A stretch of DNA of 28,099 nucleotides from a virus. Lineage: Duplodnaviria; Caudoviricetes. The DNA lies in the IMG/VR virus record IMGVR_UViG_3300021338_000069, positions 1-28,099 of that record; one strand, given 5' to 3'. The stretch's first letter is position 1; each line of letters begins with the position of its first letter. Positions 25,634-28,099 of the stretch are shown one piece after another. The translations under genes were made by a program, and so were the position numbers. Under the pieces are notes generated by a model, which searched no databases, had not been told where the DNA came from, and saw only the letters and a program-made list of their open reading frames with translations.

Positions 25634-25877
25634 ATGGGTGATCCAGGGACTGCTCGCCGCCGGGGTGATGCTGTCCGGTCTGTTCGGCGGGCTGCGCCTG
25701 TTCCGGGCCGGCGCGCGCCGCAACAAGCCGGATCGCGAAACGGCGGAGTCCAGCCTGCACAGCCGGATCGACGCGCTGGACAGCAAGCACACCGAGCTGC
25801 ACGGCGAGACCCACGCGGCGATCGGGCAGCTGCAAAACGACGTGTCCTACCTCAAGGGCGCGAGCGGGCGGAACTGA
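25608..25877 (+). CDS. Single-TM plus coiled-coil protein, putative holin
   Basis: N-terminal TM WVIQGLLAAGVMLSGLFGGL followed by a heptad-like C-terminus. Confidence 0.65.
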   Translation: MTPQDFLPEWVIQGLLAAGVMLSGLFGGLRLFRAGARRNKPDRETAESSLHSRIDALDSKHTELHGETHAAIGQLQNDVSYLKGASGRN

Positions 25878-25892
25878 TCGCCCGTCCTGGCC

Positions 25893-25918
25893 GCCCGCGC
25901 CGGTGCGCGGGCTTTTCT
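25893..25918 (+). terminator. Intrinsic terminator inside the lysis cassette
   Basis: Perfect 8-bp stem GCCCGCGC-CGGT-GCGCGGGC followed by TTTTCT. Confidence 0.7.
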
Positions 25919-25932
25919 GTGGGAGAATGCAC

Positions 25933-26724
25933 ATGTTTCCGAAACCGATCCCCGACGCATGGCGCGTCGCCCTTCTGGGGTATTCCTTCTGGTTCCCGGT
26001 GGCGGGGCTGCTGGTGCTGCTGGTGCCTGAGCTGGTCTATGCGAAAACCGGCATCGACATGAACCCGGTGCTGCGCCTGTCGCTGGTCGTTGGCTTTGTC
26101 GTGGCCGGGCTGGCCGGGCGCCTGTTGCAGCAGCCGGCGGGGGCATGGCGATCGTGGCTGCGCATTGCCGCGATCTGTGCGCTGGTGGTGCTGGCGTCCT
26201 TCACCGTCGCCACCGTGGCGCGCGGCGAGACGGCCCGCGCCACGCCGCTGGTCTCCGGAACGACGGTGACCGAGGCGGCGATCATGGCAGAGGCGGTTCC
26301 GCTGATCCAGCGGTGGGAGGGCGTCGTCCTGACCGCCTACCGCGATATTGTCGGCGTCTGGACGATCTGTTCCGGCACGACGCGCGGGGTCATTCCTGGC
26401 ATGCGTAAGACGGCCGAAGAATGCGCGGACCTGCTGCGCGCCGAGGCGCTGGAATACTGGCGCGGCGTCACCCGATACATGACCGAGGACACCTTGCGCC
26501 ACCGGATCACGCCAAAGCGTGGTGCGGCCTGGGCAAGTTTCGCGGTCAACGTCGGGATCTCTGCCGCTGGTCGCAGTACCGCCACACGGCGGCTCAACGC
26601 CGGCCACATCTCCGGGGCCTGTTACGCTCTGACCTGGTGGAACAAGGCCGGGGGGCGGGTGATCCTCGGGCTGGTCAACAGGCGCGGCGAGGAAGAGGCG
26701 TATTGCCTGGTGGGGGTGGCGTGA
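25933..26724 (+). CDS. GH24 lysozyme (endolysin) with an N-terminal three-TM membrane domain
   Basis: Catalytic E-x8-D-x5-T in WEGVVLTAYRDIVGVWTICSGTT, plus FAVNVG and WNKAGGRVILGLVNRR. About 100 N-terminal residues contain three hydrophobic segments. An alternative ATG lies at 25927. Confidence 0.9.
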   Translation: MFPKPIPDAWRVALLGYSFWFPVAGLLVLLVPELVYAKTGIDMNPVLRLSLVVGFVVAGLAGRLLQQPAGAWRSWLRIAAICALVVLASFTVATVARGETARATPLVSGTTVTEAAIMAEAVPLIQRWEGVVLTAYRDIVGVWTICSGTTRGVIPGMRKTAEECADLLRAEALEYWRGVTRYMTEDTLRHRITPKRGAAWASFAVNVGISAAGRSTATRRLNAGHISGACYALTWWNKAGGRVILGLVNRRGEEEAYCLVGVA

Positions 26725-27029
26725 GGGCGATCCTAGACCGCTTCCGCGCTTGGCTGTGGGGGGCGCTGGTGCTGGCTCTATGCGCCGCTCTGGCCGCCTT
26801 CGGGGTGTGGATGTACCGCACCGGCTACGCCGCCGCGGAGGGGGCCGCGCAGGCGCGCCTGCTGGCGCAGATCGAGGCCGGGCAGGACCTGGAGGAACAG
26901 CGCCGCAAGATCGCCGTCGAACGCGACACGCTGGCGCGCAAGCTGGAGGAGGCCGCCTATGCGGATCCTGTTGTTGTCGATCGGTGCCTTGGCCCTGACC
27001 GGGTGCGCCGGCTCAACGCCATTCGTTAA
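26721..27029 (+). CDS. Inner-membrane spanin (Rz-like)
   Basis: GTGA overlap, N-terminal TM WLWGALVLALCAALAAFGVWMY, periplasmic coiled coil and a C-terminal Cys. Confidence 0.8.
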   Translation: MRAILDRFRAWLWGALVLALCAALAAFGVWMYRTGYAAAEGAAQARLLAQIEAGQDLEEQRRKIAVERDTLARKLEEAAYADPVVVDRCLGPDRVRRLNAIR

Positions 27030-27183
27030 GTCGGCCGATCCCTGCGACGCGCCGGTGGCGATCCCGTCAGGATGGCTGTCCGATCAACGGGTGGAGCTGC
27101 TGTGGACCCGCGACCGCAAGGCGCTGCTGGACTGCGCCGACAAGGTCGAGGCGCTGTCCGGCCGCAAGCCCGGGCCGCATTAG
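26959..27183 (+). CDS. Outer-membrane spanin lipoprotein (Rz1-like)
   Basis: GGAGG RBS, signal peptide with lipobox LTG|C, overlapping the 3' end of the i-spanin in another frame. Confidence 0.85.
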   Translation: MRILLLSIGALALTGCAGSTPFVKSADPCDAPVAIPSGWLSDQRVELLWTRDRKALLDCADKVEALSGRKPGPH

Positions 27184-27309
27184 GCGCGCCACGTCGCCGA
27201 CCAGATCCCGGCGCCGGGGTTCAGGCGCGCAACCAAAGGAGGCTCTGGCCGAAAGGCAGTTTCACGCAGTCCGATATCGGTATTCCGATATCGCGCTGTG
27301 CCGCTCTCT

Positions 27310-27346
27310 CGCCCGTCCTGTTGCCGCAGGGCGGGCGTTTTTGTTT
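27310..27346 (+). terminator. Terminator at the end of the late operon
   Basis: CGCCCGTCCTG pairs with CAGGGCGGGCG (11 bp, one G-U), followed by TTTTTGTTT. Confidence 0.8.
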
Positions 27347-27406
27347 GTGGCTGGTGATCCACTTTCATGCATTTTTTGCATAGAAGTCGGGGGCTGCGCG
27401 GTGATC

Positions 27407-27480
27407 TGGAGCGGCCGACCAGAATCGAACTGGCGCACAGAGAGTGGAAGTCTCCTGCTCTACCACTGAGCTACGGCCGC
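27407..27480 (-). tRNA. tRNA-Gly(UCC)
   Basis: Reverse complement reads GCGGCCG TA GCTC AGTGGTA GAGC A GGAGA CTTCCAC TCTCT GTGC GCCAG TTCGATT CTGGT CGGCCGC T CCA. Gly identity elements G1-C72, C2-G71 and U73 are present. Confidence 0.9.
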
Positions 27481-27515
27481 GCTGCGCAGAGCCTAGGCGA
27501 TTCCTTCTCTGCCGG

Positions 27516-27764
27516 CTATCGCCTGTCGGACTGTTTCGCTGCGCCCCACAGGCTCTGGGCATAGTGGGGCTTGCAGTTGCCGTGCAGGTTGTCCGGCGAT
27601 GGCCTGTCTTCCGGGCAGCCGGCGGCGATGATCGTCAGCGCCTGTGGCAGATCCGTATCGGCCCCGACGATCTCGACAAACCGTTCCTTCCGATAGCGGC
27701 CAAAGCGCCCGCAGTGGTCGCAGGCGATTTCGACGGTGGGGAAGGGGTAGTCTCTGGCCTTCAC
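27516..27764 (-). CDS. Small putative Zn-binding protein (CDHC ... C ... C), 82 aa
   Basis: GTG start overlaps the nuclease TGA. Begins MKARDYPFPTVEIACDHCGRFGRY and has four Cys. Confidence 0.7.
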   Translation of the reverse strand: MKARDYPFPTVEIACDHCGRFGRYRKERFVEIVGADTDLPQALTIIAAGCPEDRPSPDNLHGNCKPHYAQSLWGAAKQSDRR

Positions 27765-28099
27765 TGTTTGGCCCTGCAATCCGCATACTCGCCGCCGGAA
27801 TACTTCGGCCAGTCCCGCGCCCAGCCTCCGGCCACCAGCGCACAGGCCAGATCCCGCCCGTCCGGCAGGTCGCACCGCGCCACGATGCGGCGGTATGGGT
27901 CAACGTCCTTGACCTCGCACTGCAGCTCGGCCCCGGCGGTCAGCCGCTCCATCGCCGCCATCGCCTCCGGCCCTCCGTCCTCTTTCCGCTCCGGCGCATC
28001 GATCCCCCACAGGCGGATGCCGACCCCATTAGCGCGCAGAGTGTCGCCGTCGACAACGGTGTAGGAGAGAAGGATGAGGAGGGCGGCGGCGGTGTTCAT
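27761..28099 (-). CDS. Thermonuclease (SNase-like) family protein
   Basis: VVDGDTL, IRLWGIDAPE, DVDPYRRIVARC and LVAGGWA motifs with a short hydrophobic N-terminus. The ATG is at the window edge, so the gene could extend further. Confidence 0.9.
   Translation of the reverse strand: MNTAAALLILLSYTVVDGDTLRANGVGIRLWGIDAPERKEDGGPEAMAAMERLTAGAELQCEVKDVDPYRRIVARCDLPDGRDLACALVAGGWARDWPKYSGGEYADCRAKQ

Noticed and set aside
27235-27406. Fragments resembling the 16S rRNA 3' end (AAAGGAGG and GGTGATCCA)
   Set aside because: The pieces are more than 100 nt apart and there is no other rRNA similarity.
1-28099. CRISPR array, IS element, intron or intein
   Set aside because: No regularly spaced repeats or transposase motifs were seen, and TerL, helicase, portal and capsid are of normal uninterrupted length.

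Overview
High-GC, almost entirely plus-strand segment of a tailed dsDNA siphophage or prophage. The gene families and tail tube type suggest an alphaproteobacterial, Rhodobacteraceae-like host (inference). No integrase, repressor or clear att site lies in the window. Order: end of the early operon (small ORFs, beta-class DNA methyltransferase, P4/D5-type SF3 helicase) -> iteron-bearing putative origin -> NusG-paralog antiterminator -> late promoter, leader and terminator -> initiator-type tRNA-Met with a distorted acceptor stem -> CCUCCUCCC (anti-SD) loop hairpin -> HNH/P-loop-kinase fusion -> putative cos -> TerS, TerL, HK97-type portal, S49 protease, capsid, head-tail genes -> tail tube, chaperone with a -1 frameshift, tape measure, tail-tip genes -> 1139-aa receptor-binding protein with a sialidase-like (RIP/Asp-box) C-terminal domain -> lysis cassette with a multi-TM membrane domain fused to a GH24 lysozyme, plus spanins -> terminator. 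A convergent minus-strand accessory unit (thermonuclease, CxxC protein, tRNA-Gly(UCC)) closes the window. The most unusual element is the late-control cassette at 5200-7026. All family calls come from motif recognition by eye, not from database searches.
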